Below, one piece after another: positions 30,740 through 39,320 of a stretch of 64,000 nt of DNA (position 1 is its first letter; every line of letters starts with the position of its first letter). The DNA lies in the NCBI GenBank assembly GCA_041495285.1, contig JBGQCJ010000002.1:13541-77540 (forward strand), in the 5' to 3' direction. The DNA is from Verrucomicrobiia bacterium (GTDB lineage Bacteria; Verrucomicrobiota; Verrucomicrobiia; Palsa-1439). The notes beneath the pieces are model-generated. The model ran no database searches, was not told where the DNA came from, and saw only the letters and a program-made list of their open reading frames with translations. The translations under genes and the position numbers were made by a program.

Positions 30740-31711
30740 ATGCAATTGGCCGCCATGCCCCGGGATGTGATGATCGAATGCGAGAACCTCACGAAGCGCT
30801 TCGGTGACTTCACCGCGGTGGATCACGTCAGTTTCGCCGTCGAGAAACGTTCCATCTTCGGTTTCCTCGGCCCGAACGGGTCCGGCAAGACGACGGTGAT
30901 TCGCATGTTGTGCGGCATTCTTGAACCGACGGAAGGCACGGGACGGATTGCCGGCCACGACGTGGCCCGGGAGACGGACGCGATCAAAGGGACAATCGGC
31001 TACATGTCGCAGAAGTTCTCGCTGTACGACGAGCTGACCGCGAATGAGAACTTGCTATTTTACGGGCGGCTCTATGGTTTGGACAAGATGGCGGCGAAAC
31101 GACGTCGCGACGAGCTTGTCGCACTGACGCATATCGAGCCGTATCTGGACAGGCGTGCAAGTTTGCTTTCAGGCGGCTGGCGGCAGCGGCTGGCGATGGC
31201 GTGCGCGCTCGTGCATAAACCGAGCGTGCTGTTTCTGGACGAACCGACGGCGGGCATCGACCCGGTGGCGCGCCGGGAGTTGTGGGATTTGCTCTTCGAA
31301 CTTTCCAGCGCGGGCGTGACGTTGTTTGTGACGACGCATTATATGGACGAAGCCGAGCGTTGCTCGCACATCGGTTACATTTTCATGTCCAAACTCATTA
31401 TTTGTGGTGCGCCAGATGACTTGAAATTGTTGCCGGAAGTCAACCCCACCGGCACGAAGCGGCTTGATATAACTTGCGAGCACGTGACCGTGGGGCTCCA
31501 AGCGGTGCGGAAACTGGCCGGCGTGAAGTCCGCCACGGTCTTCGGGCAGTCCATGCATCTACTGGTCGAAGAGGCGATGCCGGAGCGGCAAATTCGGGAC
31601 ACATTGGCCGGCGTAGGGATACATCAGATTGACGTCCGCCCCATCGCGCCATCGTTGGAAGACGTGTTCGTGGCGCTGACGGCACATCACTCAAACGGAG
31701 GTGATTCGTGA
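30740..31711 (+). CDS. ABC transporter ATP-binding protein (ABC-2/DrrA-like)
   Basis: Walker A GPNGSGKTT, Q-loop, signature LSGGWRQRLAMA, Walker B LFLDEPTAGIDP and H-loop TTHYMDEA. Confidence 0.9.
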   Translation: MQLAAMPRDVMIECENLTKRFGDFTAVDHVSFAVEKRSIFGFLGPNGSGKTTVIRMLCGILEPTEGTGRIAGHDVARETDAIKGTIGYMSQKFSLYDELTANENLLFYGRLYGLDKMAAKRRRDELVALTHIEPYLDRRASLLSGGWRQRLAMACALVHKPSVLFLDEPTAGIDPVARRELWDLLFELSSAGVTLFVTTHYMDEAERCSHIGYIFMSKLIICGAPDDLKLLPEVNPTGTKRLDITCEHVTVGLQAVRKLAGVKSATVFGQSMHLLVEEAMPERQIRDTLAGVGIHQIDVRPIAPSLEDVFVALTAHHSNGGDS

Positions 31712-32829
31712 ACGGGCCTTTTCGCGGTTTTGGAGCGATCCTCTACAAAGAGTTCATCGTCGTCTTGCGCGACCGCACCACGCTGTTTTTCATGTTCTTT
31801 CCGCCCTTACTGCAGATCATCGCGTTCGGCTTTGCGCTAGACAACGACGTGAAGCACATGGCGATGGTGGTGTACAACGAAGACCGCACGGTGGAGAGCC
31901 GGCAACTCATCGACGCGTTTGTGAACACGCAGACGTTTCGCGTGGTGCGCGAGGTGAGCAGCATCGAGAAGTTGTCAACCGCGGTGCGTCGCGGCAAGGC
32001 GTACGTGGGGCTGCAGATCCCACCGGATTTCACGCGCAATCTGCGCGCCGGCCACAAGGCAACCGTGCAGGTGCTCATTGACGGCTCGAACTCGACGACG
32101 GCGTTGCAGGCGTTGAACACGGCGCTCGGCGTGGCGTTTCGGCGTTCGGTGAACCTGTTGCTCGGCGAGACGGGGCGCAGCGACTTGCCCATCGAAGTGC
32201 GGCCGCAAGTGCTTTACAACCCGTCGATGCGCGCGCCGAACTTTTTTGTGCCGGGCGTGATCGGGACAGCGTTGCAGATCGCCACGGTGTTTGCGGCGGC
32301 CATGTCCATTGTGCGGGAGCGCGAGCGCGGGACGCTGGAGAACTTGCTCGTCAGCCCACTGTCGCGCTGGGGACTGATGCTGGGCAAACTGGTGCCGTAT
32401 CTGTGCATCTCGATGACGATGGCGCTCTTTCTGTTTGTGATTCTGCGGTGGGTTTTCCTCGTCCCGATTCACGGTAGCATCGTCACCCTGTTTCTGGCGG
32501 CGTTCTTGTACATCTTCGCGTTGCTCAGTTTGGGGCTGCTGGTGTCCACCAAGGCGCAGAACCAGAATCAGGCGTTTCAGATGGCAATGACGATACTGTT
32601 GCCGTCCATCTTCTTCTCGGGATTCATCTTTCCGCGTGAGACAATGCCGTGGATTTTTTACGCGATCAGCACGCTGTTGCCGGCGACGTACTTTATCGAA
32701 CTCATGCGCGCGATCATCCTGCGCGGTGCGGGACTGCTGGAGTACTGGTTTCATCTCACCGTGCTGGCGGCGATGGGCGCGATCCTGTTTTCGCTCTGCG
32801 CGCTGCGATTCCAGCGCAAGATCGCTTGA
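31708..32829 (+). CDS. ABC-2 type transporter permease
   Basis: GTGA overlap with the ATPase gene. 373 aa. An N-terminal TM is followed by an extracytoplasmic domain and five TM segments, typical of YbhS/YbhR-like ABC-2 permeases. Confidence 0.9.
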   Translation: MNGPFRGFGAILYKEFIVVLRDRTTLFFMFFPPLLQIIAFGFALDNDVKHMAMVVYNEDRTVESRQLIDAFVNTQTFRVVREVSSIEKLSTAVRRGKAYVGLQIPPDFTRNLRAGHKATVQVLIDGSNSTTALQALNTALGVAFRRSVNLLLGETGRSDLPIEVRPQVLYNPSMRAPNFFVPGVIGTALQIATVFAAAMSIVRERERGTLENLLVSPLSRWGLMLGKLVPYLCISMTMALFLFVILRWVFLVPIHGSIVTLFLAAFLYIFALLSLGLLVSTKAQNQNQAFQMAMTILLPSIFFSGFIFPRETMPWIFYAISTLLPATYFIELMRAIILRGAGLLEYWFHLTVLAAMGAILFSLCALRFQRKIA

Positions 32830-32947
32830 AAGCGGCGCGGATACTGAGTTTCGGCGCATCCTTGAAGCCGGTGAGTAGGCCGAATTCTTTTACTGGACAG
32901 AATTTCGGCTGTGTGCTAGCATGACCCGGATTGAGAGGAGAATCTTG

Positions 32948-33709
32948 ATGAAACGTATGTGGCGTTTAGGTGGCCGTTGCAAGGCGGGGTTTCGGGCGTT
33001 TACTCTGATCGAACTACTCGTTGTTATCGCCATCATCGCCATTCTTGCCGGAATGCTTTTGCCGGCGTTGAACAAGGCGAAGCAGAAGGCGAATGCCACC
33101 AGTTGTCTTGGTAATATGCGTCAATGGGGTCTCGCGGTGGGGATGTACGCGGATGATTGGCAGGATTATTTGCCTCCCGAAGGAAGCGGTACTACCGTGA
33201 GTGCGTCGCCGTATGCTTGGTATAACGTACTCCCGCCGTATATCAACGCGCCTTCGTTGATCACGCTCTATGCAGCAGGAAAACCACCGGTGGCTAGTGC
33301 AAAGTCGATCTATTCATGCCCCAGCGCCACCAAGTGTCCGTCTGCTGCGAACCTTAGCGATAGTAATCCTTACTATATGTATGGGATGAATAATCGGATG
33401 GATCCGAACGGCACCCCCTTATTCAAGCGCGGCGACTGTACTAAGCCTTCCGAGACGATAATGTTTTGTGAGAACGAAGGCACCTTCTCTGCCACGAATG
33501 GGAAGTACGCCCCCGCTCGTCATTCCGACGGTTCCAATCTCACTTTCGTAGACGGACATGCAAGTTGGGTCGCGTTTCAAGACTATTGCAGGGCCGCGAA
33601 CCCCGGGTGCAATAGCATAGTCGCCGAGGAAGACTCGACGAAACTCTCTGGCGACTGGAAGGTCGGTACGAAAATTCATTGGTTTCCTTATGCAGGTGCG
33701 CCGACTTGA
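32948..33709 (+). CDS. prepilin-type N-terminal cleavage/methylation domain protein with H-X9-DG motif (DUF1559-like pseudopilin)
   Basis: [24 protein letters not shown] class-III signal and C-terminal [13 protein letters not shown] (H-X9-DG). GGAG lies about 10 nt upstream of ATG 32948, although the ORF is open from 32921. Confidence 0.9.
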   Translation: MKRMWRLGGRCKAGFRAFTLIELLVVIAIIAILAGMLLPALNKAKQKANATSCLGNMRQWGLAVGMYADDWQDYLPPEGSGTTVSASPYAWYNVLPPYINAPSLITLYAAGKPPVASAKSIYSCPSATKCPSAANLSDSNPYYMYGMNNRMDPNGTPLFKRGDCTKPSETIMFCENEGTFSATNGKYAPARHSDGSNLTFVDGHASWVAFQDYCRAANPGCNSIVAEEDSTKLSGDWKVGTKIHWFPYAGAPT

Positions 33710-33786
33710 CACTTATGCGATAGGCAGTTTTCGTAAACTGGAAGTTGAATGTAACAAAAGATGTGGGGAATGGGAGAAATAGGAAA

Positions 33787-36687
33787 ATGAAGAAGATTCT
33801 CAGTTTGATGACGGCGTTCATTGCCTTGGCAACCGGGATGACGATGTTCGCGCTACAATTCACGGACGGTAACATCGTTGTCTATCGTGTCGGCGATGGG
33901 GTGGCAACTCTGACAAACAGGGGCAACGTTGTCTTCTTGGACGAGTACCAGACGAACGGAACATTCGTTCAGTCAGTCATGTTGCGGACCAACTATTTCG
34001 GCGCGCAAAGCCCGTTGATCGGCAGCGGTACCGCCTTCGGCAGCGGCTTGATCACTCGCTCGGTGGACGGCCGATTCATTCTGGTGAATGGGTACGGAAC
34101 GGACTTGGGAATATTCACAAATACCTCGGTACAAGGAAACTTTGCCTCCTCGGTGCCTCGCGTGACGGGCTTGGTGGACGGCCAAGGCAACAGCGACACC
34201 ACGACCACTCGCACCAACACCGACTTCGATAGTGTGGAAGTGCGCGCCGCGGTCAGTCCCGATGGAACCAATATTTGGACTGCCGGCGATAGCGGCGGCG
34301 TTCAATATGGGACTCGGGGGTCATTGGATTCCACACAAGTTCAGACGACTCTCGGCAACGTCCGGCAACTCCACATATTCAACAGTCAACTTTACTTTGA
34401 TATTAACAACCCGAGTAGCGTCACCCAAAGTGTCGTCATTTGTACGAATAACGTGCCGGGTCAGTTGCCCACCGCCACCAACGATGTCCTTAGTTCATTT
34501 CTCAAAGCCGTGAACGAACCGAGTCCGGAGGGCTTCCTCATGTTGAAGCTGAAAGCCGGTGGAGCGGATCCGCTCGACACGCTTTATGTCGCGGACGGCA
34601 CCTTGGGTCACGTGGCGAAGTATTCCTTGGTCAGCGGCACTTGGGTCAATGATGGAGCCATCGCGGGGGTTCAGGCAGCGGTCGGCTTGACCGGAGTGAG
34701 GAACATTATTGGCAACCAGACCAATGTGGTGCTCTACATCACCCAGGGTGGTACAACCCTCACCGGTGGCAATAATATCGCTCGCGTCACGGACACGACC
34801 GGCTACCATGTGGCTCCCGACGGCGGCGACCTCGCGCTCATCGTGAACGGAACCACCAAGAAAGCTCTCCGCGGCATCGTGTTGGCCCCAACCACCAACA
34901 GCGACCTAGCCCTTCCCAGCGGCGCGGGCCGGCTCTCGGTCGGACCGGCCATAGACGTCTTTGCAAAGGCGTTGACCAGCTGTCCGGATGTGACGGAAAC
35001 CGACGTTTTCTCACTGGCCAACCCGGGCACCTCCACCATACTTTGGACAGCGATGGTTGATGCCGCTTGGGTGAACTTGTCCGATAAGAACGGCACACTC
35101 GGCATCATGGGCAACGCCAATATCACCGTCACATTGGGGGACATCACCGGCTTGTCCGCCGCCACGAACCCGGCCACGATCACGTTCAGCAACAAAACCA
35201 GCGTTGTCGGCACCACCACACGGGCGGTGACGCTGTTCTTGGACCCGCAGACGATCAGCCCGTTGACTGACTATACCGCCTTGGGACCGCCCACCACCGG
35301 CCCGTTCACACCGTCCAACAAGGTTTACACGGTGAAGACCGGCCCGGCCATCACGTTGAACATAAGCAAGCTGAACAACTCAACGTGGCTGAATCTCGGC
35401 ACCACCACTGTCTCGTTGGGCGCCTGCGGCAGCACGATTATCACCGCCTCAATCAACCAGGCAGTGGCCAATACCCTCGCGGTAAGCAATTATACGGAGA
35501 CGATCGTCTTCAGCAACGGCACCAGCTCCGTGATTGACACGCGCTCCGTGCTCCTCGGCGTCGGCTTCCAGTTCTTCTGCGACGACTTCAGCACGTACAC
35601 CCAAAACGCCAACCTTCAGGGTCAGAATGGCTGGGCGGCGGTTGGAGGAAGCTTCAACGAGCCTTTTGTCCACGACGGCGCAGTCTGGGTTGCAGCGACC
35701 ACGGTACAGGCAGCGGGTGACGAACCCACCAAGAACTTCCCGCAACTCGTCGCAACCAACACGCCGACTCGCAGTATGTTCTGCGCAATGTCGATCACCG
35801 TCACCAGCGCCGCGCCGGCGAGTACGTTCAGCCCGTCGCGAATCTGGACGTTCTTCCAGAGCGCGAATGGTGTCGGTTACGCGCGCGACTCTCTCACTGT
35901 CAGGGATACCGGCACCGGCGGGTTCGTATTCGGCATCCGCAACAACGGCATAACCGCTAATACGAACGTATTCAGCGCGACTGCTCGCAGCTACGGCACG
36001 GCTTATAACATCATTGTCCAGGGCGAAGTTGGGAATACCAACAGCTACGTGTACGTCAATCCACCCAATGGGACACTGAACACGGCCAATGCCGACGTGA
36101 AGATGACCCTCGTGAGCGGGTCCGATTTCAACGTCGGGAGCGCCCAAATCGGCAACACGTTCGATAATGCCGCCTTTAACTACCAGGCGGGCATCGCCAT
36201 CTCCAAGATGTGCGTCACGACCAACTATACCGACGCCTTCAATGACCTCCCTACCGGAGGTCCATCGGATCCGTTCACCACATGGCAGACGTTCTACTTC
36301 CCCGCTGATGGCCCGAATGCGGCACCGAATGCCGACCCGGATCATGACGGGATGAGTAACACGAACGAGTTCTTGGCGGGCTTCAACCCGACCAACAACG
36401 CGGCGCGCCTGAAGATCACTAGCATCGTGAGGACGGACGGCACTAACGTAACGATAACGTATCTGGGTGCCAGCGGTGACAGCGCATCCGGCAGGCCGTC
36501 GAGCTACGCCAACGTTCTTTATTCCACGACGGGCACGCCGCCCAGCTACACGAATAACTTCGTGAGCACCGGTCAGACCAACGTCCTCAGTGGCGGGACC
36601 GGCCTCGGCCAGACGGCCACCTTCGTGCACACGAACGGGGCGACCGGCCCGGCTCGGTACTATCGCGTCCGTGTGCTGATACCATAA
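33787..36687 (+). CDS. large secreted beta-rich protein with BACON-like/Ig-like modules, LamG-like region and a TSP3-type Ca-binding motif
   Basis: 966 aa from MKKILSLMTAFIALATGMTMFA (signal peptide). Thr/Asn/Gly-rich beta repeats. Two BACON-like segments (NPGTSTILWTAMVDAAWVNLSDKNGTLG...). C-terminal DPDHDGMSNTNEFLAGFNPTNNAARLKITSI, common in PVC surface proteins. Confidence 0.8.
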   Translation: MKKILSLMTAFIALATGMTMFALQFTDGNIVVYRVGDGVATLTNRGNVVFLDEYQTNGTFVQSVMLRTNYFGAQSPLIGSGTAFGSGLITRSVDGRFILVNGYGTDLGIFTNTSVQGNFASSVPRVTGLVDGQGNSDTTTTRTNTDFDSVEVRAAVSPDGTNIWTAGDSGGVQYGTRGSLDSTQVQTTLGNVRQLHIFNSQLYFDINNPSSVTQSVVICTNNVPGQLPTATNDVLSSFLKAVNEPSPEGFLMLKLKAGGADPLDTLYVADGTLGHVAKYSLVSGTWVNDGAIAGVQAAVGLTGVRNIIGNQTNVVLYITQGGTTLTGGNNIARVTDTTGYHVAPDGGDLALIVNGTTKKALRGIVLAPTTNSDLALPSGAGRLSVGPAIDVFAKALTSCPDVTETDVFSLANPGTSTILWTAMVDAAWVNLSDKNGTLGIMGNANITVTLGDITGLSAATNPATITFSNKTSVVGTTTRAVTLFLDPQTISPLTDYTALGPPTTGPFTPSNKVYTVKTGPAITLNISKLNNSTWLNLGTTTVSLGACGSTIITASINQAVANTLAVSNYTETIVFSNGTSSVIDTRSVLLGVGFQFFCDDFSTYTQNANLQGQNGWAAVGGSFNEPFVHDGAVWVAATTVQAAGDEPTKNFPQLVATNTPTRSMFCAMSITVTSAAPASTFSPSRIWTFFQSANGVGYARDSLTVRDTGTGGFVFGIRNNGITANTNVFSATARSYGTAYNIIVQGEVGNTNSYVYVNPPNGTLNTANADVKMTLVSGSDFNVGSAQIGNTFDNAAFNYQAGIAISKMCVTTNYTDAFNDLPTGGPSDPFTTWQTFYFPADGPNAAPNADPDHDGMSNTNEFLAGFNPTNNAARLKITSIVRTDGTNVTITYLGASGDSASGRPSSYANVLYSTTGTPPSYTNNFVSTGQTNVLSGGTGLGQTATFVHTNGATGPARYYRVRVLIP

Positions 36688-36704
36688 CGGCAGCTGACGA
36701 ATCC

Positions 36705-36757
36705 GAAGCGCTGGTGTGTCTCAACACCCGGTTGAGGCCACCAGCGCTTCCGTTTTC
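36705..36757 (+). terminator. Rho-independent terminator after the 966-aa protein gene
   Basis: Perfect 12-bp stem GAAGCGCTGGTG (36705-36716) / CACCAGCGCTTC (36739-36750) with inner stem CTCAAC/GTTGAG, followed by CGTTTTCC. Confidence 0.7.
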
Positions 36758-36822
36758 CGTCTGGACCGGGCACGCGAGCCAGCCGAATGCCAGCCGTCGA
36801 GCGAACCGTCTGAGAATAGCCG

Positions 36823-36852
36823 TTGACATTCGGGTCGCACGGCAGGTGAAAT
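36823..36852 (+). promoter_or_regulatory. candidate sigma70-type promoter for paralog 3
   Basis: Perfect -35 TTGACA (36823-36828), an 18-nt spacer, then TGAAAT (36847-36852). It is very close to ATG 36862, so the leader would be very short. Speculative. Confidence 0.3.
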
Positions 36853-36861
36853 AGCGGCCTA

Positions 36862-38634
36862 ATGAATGGCGACTGGAAACTGCAAGGTCGGCCCGCGGCG
36901 CTCATCGTGTTGCTGACGATTGTGGCGTATCTGCCCGCGATGCGCGGCGGATTCGTCTTCGATGACGCGCTTCTTATCACCCACAACCGGCTGATTAGAG
37001 CTGGCGACGGACTCTATCGGTTCTGGTTCACGACGGAAGCACCCGATTATTATCCGCTAACGTCGAGTTTATGGTGGCTGGAGTGGCGGCTCTGGGGTGC
37101 CAACCCGATGGGTTACCACGTGGTCAACGTGCTATTGCACGCCGTCAATGCGGTGTTGGTGTGGATTATCTTGCGAAGGCTGAAGGTTCCGGCAGCTTGG
37201 CTGGCGGGGCTGGTGTTTGCAATTCACCCCGTGAACGTTGCGACAGCGGCTTGGATCAGCGAACTGAAGAATACGCTCTCGATGCTCTTCTTCGCGACGG
37301 CGATTCTTCTGTATCTGAGGTTCGACGAAGAAGATAGACGAGGCTGGTATGGCTTATCATTGGCGGCGTTTGTGCTCGCCTTGCTGAGCAAGGCTGCGGT
37401 GGTCATGCTCCCCGTGGTGCTGCTCGGCTGCGCGTGGTGGTCGTACGGCAGAGTGCGAAGGAAGGACCTCCTGCGCGCCGTGCCGTTCATTGCCCTTTCA
37501 CTTGCCTTCGGATTGGTGACGATCTGGTTTCAATACAATCGGGCCTTGGGAGGGGGCACCGTCCGTACTGATAGTTTCCTTTGTCGCGTCGTTGCGGCCG
37601 GATGGGTGCCGTGGTTCTATCTGTCCAAGGCGATCCTGCCGTTGGATCTGACCGTGGTGTATCCTCGCTGGAACATCAATGCCTCTCAGTGGCTGGCCTA
37701 CCTACCGGGAGTGATCCTCGTGGGCTGCTTCATGGTTGTTTGGCGGAAACGCAACACGTGGGGACGACCGCTCTTATTTGGGCTTGGGTATTTTGCGGTG
37801 ATGCTCATTCCGGTGTTGGGATTCTTCGATATAGCTTTCTATGCATTCTCGTTGGTGGCCGACCACTGGCAGTACTACTCAATCGCCGGGGTGATTGCTT
37901 TGGCGGTGGCCGGCGGGGAGACGATTTGCCGGCGCATGGGTGCGCGTGGCCGTTATGTTGGGCTCTCGGTGGGCGCGGTCGTATTGATAGTGCTGGGAGT
38001 GGCTACCTGGAAACGGGGGGGTGTTTATGCAGACTCCCAAACACTCTGGCGAGACACCATCGCAAAGAATCCGAATGCTTGGGTGGCGCACAACTACCTA
38101 GGTTGTGACCTATCGCGGGCCGGTGAAGTTCATGAGGCAATAGCACAGTACGAACAGGCGTTGCGGATCAAACCTGACTACGTTGACGCACACAACAACT
38201 TGGGCAACGCCCTTTTGCAAGTCGGCAGAATCCAGGCTGCGATGGAACACTACGAGCAGGCGTTGCGGATCAACCCGGACTCTGCCGTGACGCATTACAA
38301 CCTGGGAGTCGCCTTGGCGCAGGTGGGCAAGCTTCAGGGTGCAATCGTGAATTTTGAGCAGGCGGTGCAGATCGACCCTGACTATGCCGAGGCGCACAAC
38401 AACTTGGGGAGCGCACTGTCAATCGCAGGCAGGTTTCAGGACGCGATCAATCACTACGAGCAGGCGCTTCGTCTGATGCCGGATTCTCCAGAAGTTCACT
38501 GCAATCTAGCGATGGCCTTGGAGCAAGCGGGCCATGTCAGCGAGGCCCGCGCTCAGTACGAGAAGGCGTTACAGATTAAGCCCGATTATGTCGAGGCGCA
38601 GCACGGGCTGGCGCAATTGCGGGCCGTTCAGTAA
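36862..38634 (+). CDS. polytopic GT-C-like (TMTC/DUF1736-type) membrane protein with C-terminal TPR repeats (paralog 3, close copy of paralog 1)
   Basis: 590 aa. It shares long identical strings with the 23539 gene (PAMRGGF, RFWFTTEAPDYYPLT, LWWLEWR, GYHVVNVLLHAVNAVLVW, HPVNVAT.AWISE.KNTLSMLF, AVVMLPV.LLGC.WW), followed by a TPR tail. Confidence 0.85.
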   Translation: MNGDWKLQGRPAALIVLLTIVAYLPAMRGGFVFDDALLITHNRLIRAGDGLYRFWFTTEAPDYYPLTSSLWWLEWRLWGANPMGYHVVNVLLHAVNAVLVWIILRRLKVPAAWLAGLVFAIHPVNVATAAWISELKNTLSMLFFATAILLYLRFDEEDRRGWYGLSLAAFVLALLSKAAVVMLPVVLLGCAWWSYGRVRRKDLLRAVPFIALSLAFGLVTIWFQYNRALGGGTVRTDSFLCRVVAAGWVPWFYLSKAILPLDLTVVYPRWNINASQWLAYLPGVILVGCFMVVWRKRNTWGRPLLFGLGYFAVMLIPVLGFFDIAFYAFSLVADHWQYYSIAGVIALAVAGGETICRRMGARGRYVGLSVGAVVLIVLGVATWKRGGVYADSQTLWRDTIAKNPNAWVAHNYLGCDLSRAGEVHEAIAQYEQALRIKPDYVDAHNNLGNALLQVGRIQAAMEHYEQALRINPDSAVTHYNLGVALAQVGKLQGAIVNFEQAVQIDPDYAEAHNNLGSALSIAGRFQDAINHYEQALRLMPDSPEVHCNLAMALEQAGHVSEARAQYEKALQIKPDYVEAQHGLAQLRAVQ

Positions 38635-38785
38635 CTATTGCGGCTGCATGAGCCGGCGTATCCAAGGTGTTTTCAGTAGCTCAGCAGAATCCGGTTGGCT
38701 TTAGCGGTGTCGTCAACAAGCGGGATGACCGGTCTAACCGTCTGGGAGTATCCTCTGCGCTGTCGGTTTTTTACGACCGCACTGC

Positions 38786-39319
38786 CTACCACTTCACCTT
38801 CACGGTTCGCTTCTGGCCAAGTCGATCGATGTAGAAGACTTCGCCGTGCTGTTGGCCGAATTCGTGGAGTTCCTTGGTAATTTTCACGTCGAAGCAACAG
38901 TATTCGGCGATTTCCAGCAGCTTGCCTTCCTTCCACCAACGCAACGCCTGCATGCCGTCCGCGACCTTCGGCGCCGCCAAAGTCGCCTTCGCGAGCGAAT
39001 CCAGCGACAGCCGGTGACCAAGCTTGGCTTCGAGGTCCGTCATCAAATCGAGGGTCGGCACCGTGCGCAAATCCAGCGGCGAGTAGCCGGCCAGCACTTC
39101 GTAATCGAAATTGATAATGTTGAAACCGACCACAAGGTCGGCGCGCATGAGATCTCTGATGAGATCGTTGACCTGTGTCTCGTGAAAAATCTTGTACTGG
39201 CCGTCGCGCGTGCTGAAGGTGACGCCGACCGACATTTTCATGTCCTGTTTCTTGCTCCAGCCGCCGACTTCGGCCGCGCTCTTCTGCGTCTCCAGATCGA
39301 AGTAAACGATGTTCGGCAT
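38786..39319 (-). CDS. DEDDy-type 3'-5' exonuclease-like protein (RNase H-like superfamily)
   Basis: 177 aa. Exo I is YFDLET (DxE), Exo II is NIINFDYEVL (Nx2-3[FY]D) and Exo III is EYCCFDV (Yx3D). The start lies 1 nt after the stop of the upstream oxidoreductase gene. Confidence 0.7.
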   Translation of the reverse strand: MPNIVYFDLETQKSAAEVGGWSKKQDMKMSVGVTFSTRDGQYKIFHETQVNDLIRDLMRADLVVGFNIINFDYEVLAGYSPLDLRTVPTLDLMTDLEAKLGHRLSLDSLAKATLAAPKVADGMQALRWWKEGKLLEIAEYCCFDVKITKELHEFGQQHGEVFYIDRLGQKRTVKVKW

Positions 39320-39320
39320 G

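Noticed and set aside
35449-36630. 393-aa minus-strand ORF; similar long antisense or alternate-frame ORFs at 10850-11584, 13637-14344, 21670-22704, 23314-24216, 31975-32859, 40481-41503, 43043-44029, 46225-47445, 48836-49888, 55825-56832, 58523-59629 and 62844-63842
   Set aside because: Each overlaps a gene with clear family motifs on the other strand or in another frame. Each shows the Arg/Gly/Ala/His-rich bias expected from reading high-GC coding DNA out of frame.
24700-38600. Periodic ~102-nt similarity in the 3' parts of four genes; might look like a repeat array or CRISPR
   Set aside because: The periodicity is the 34-aa TPR unit (AHxNLGxALxxxGxxxEAIxxYEQALRIxPD) inside long ORFs. The copies are diverged, there are no unique spacers and there are no cas genes.
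38673-38720. tRNA-like string gtagctcagc in the 38635-38785 intergenic region
   Set aside because: No matching D-stem closure, anticodon arm, T-arm (GTTCRANYC) or acceptor pairing could be built around it.
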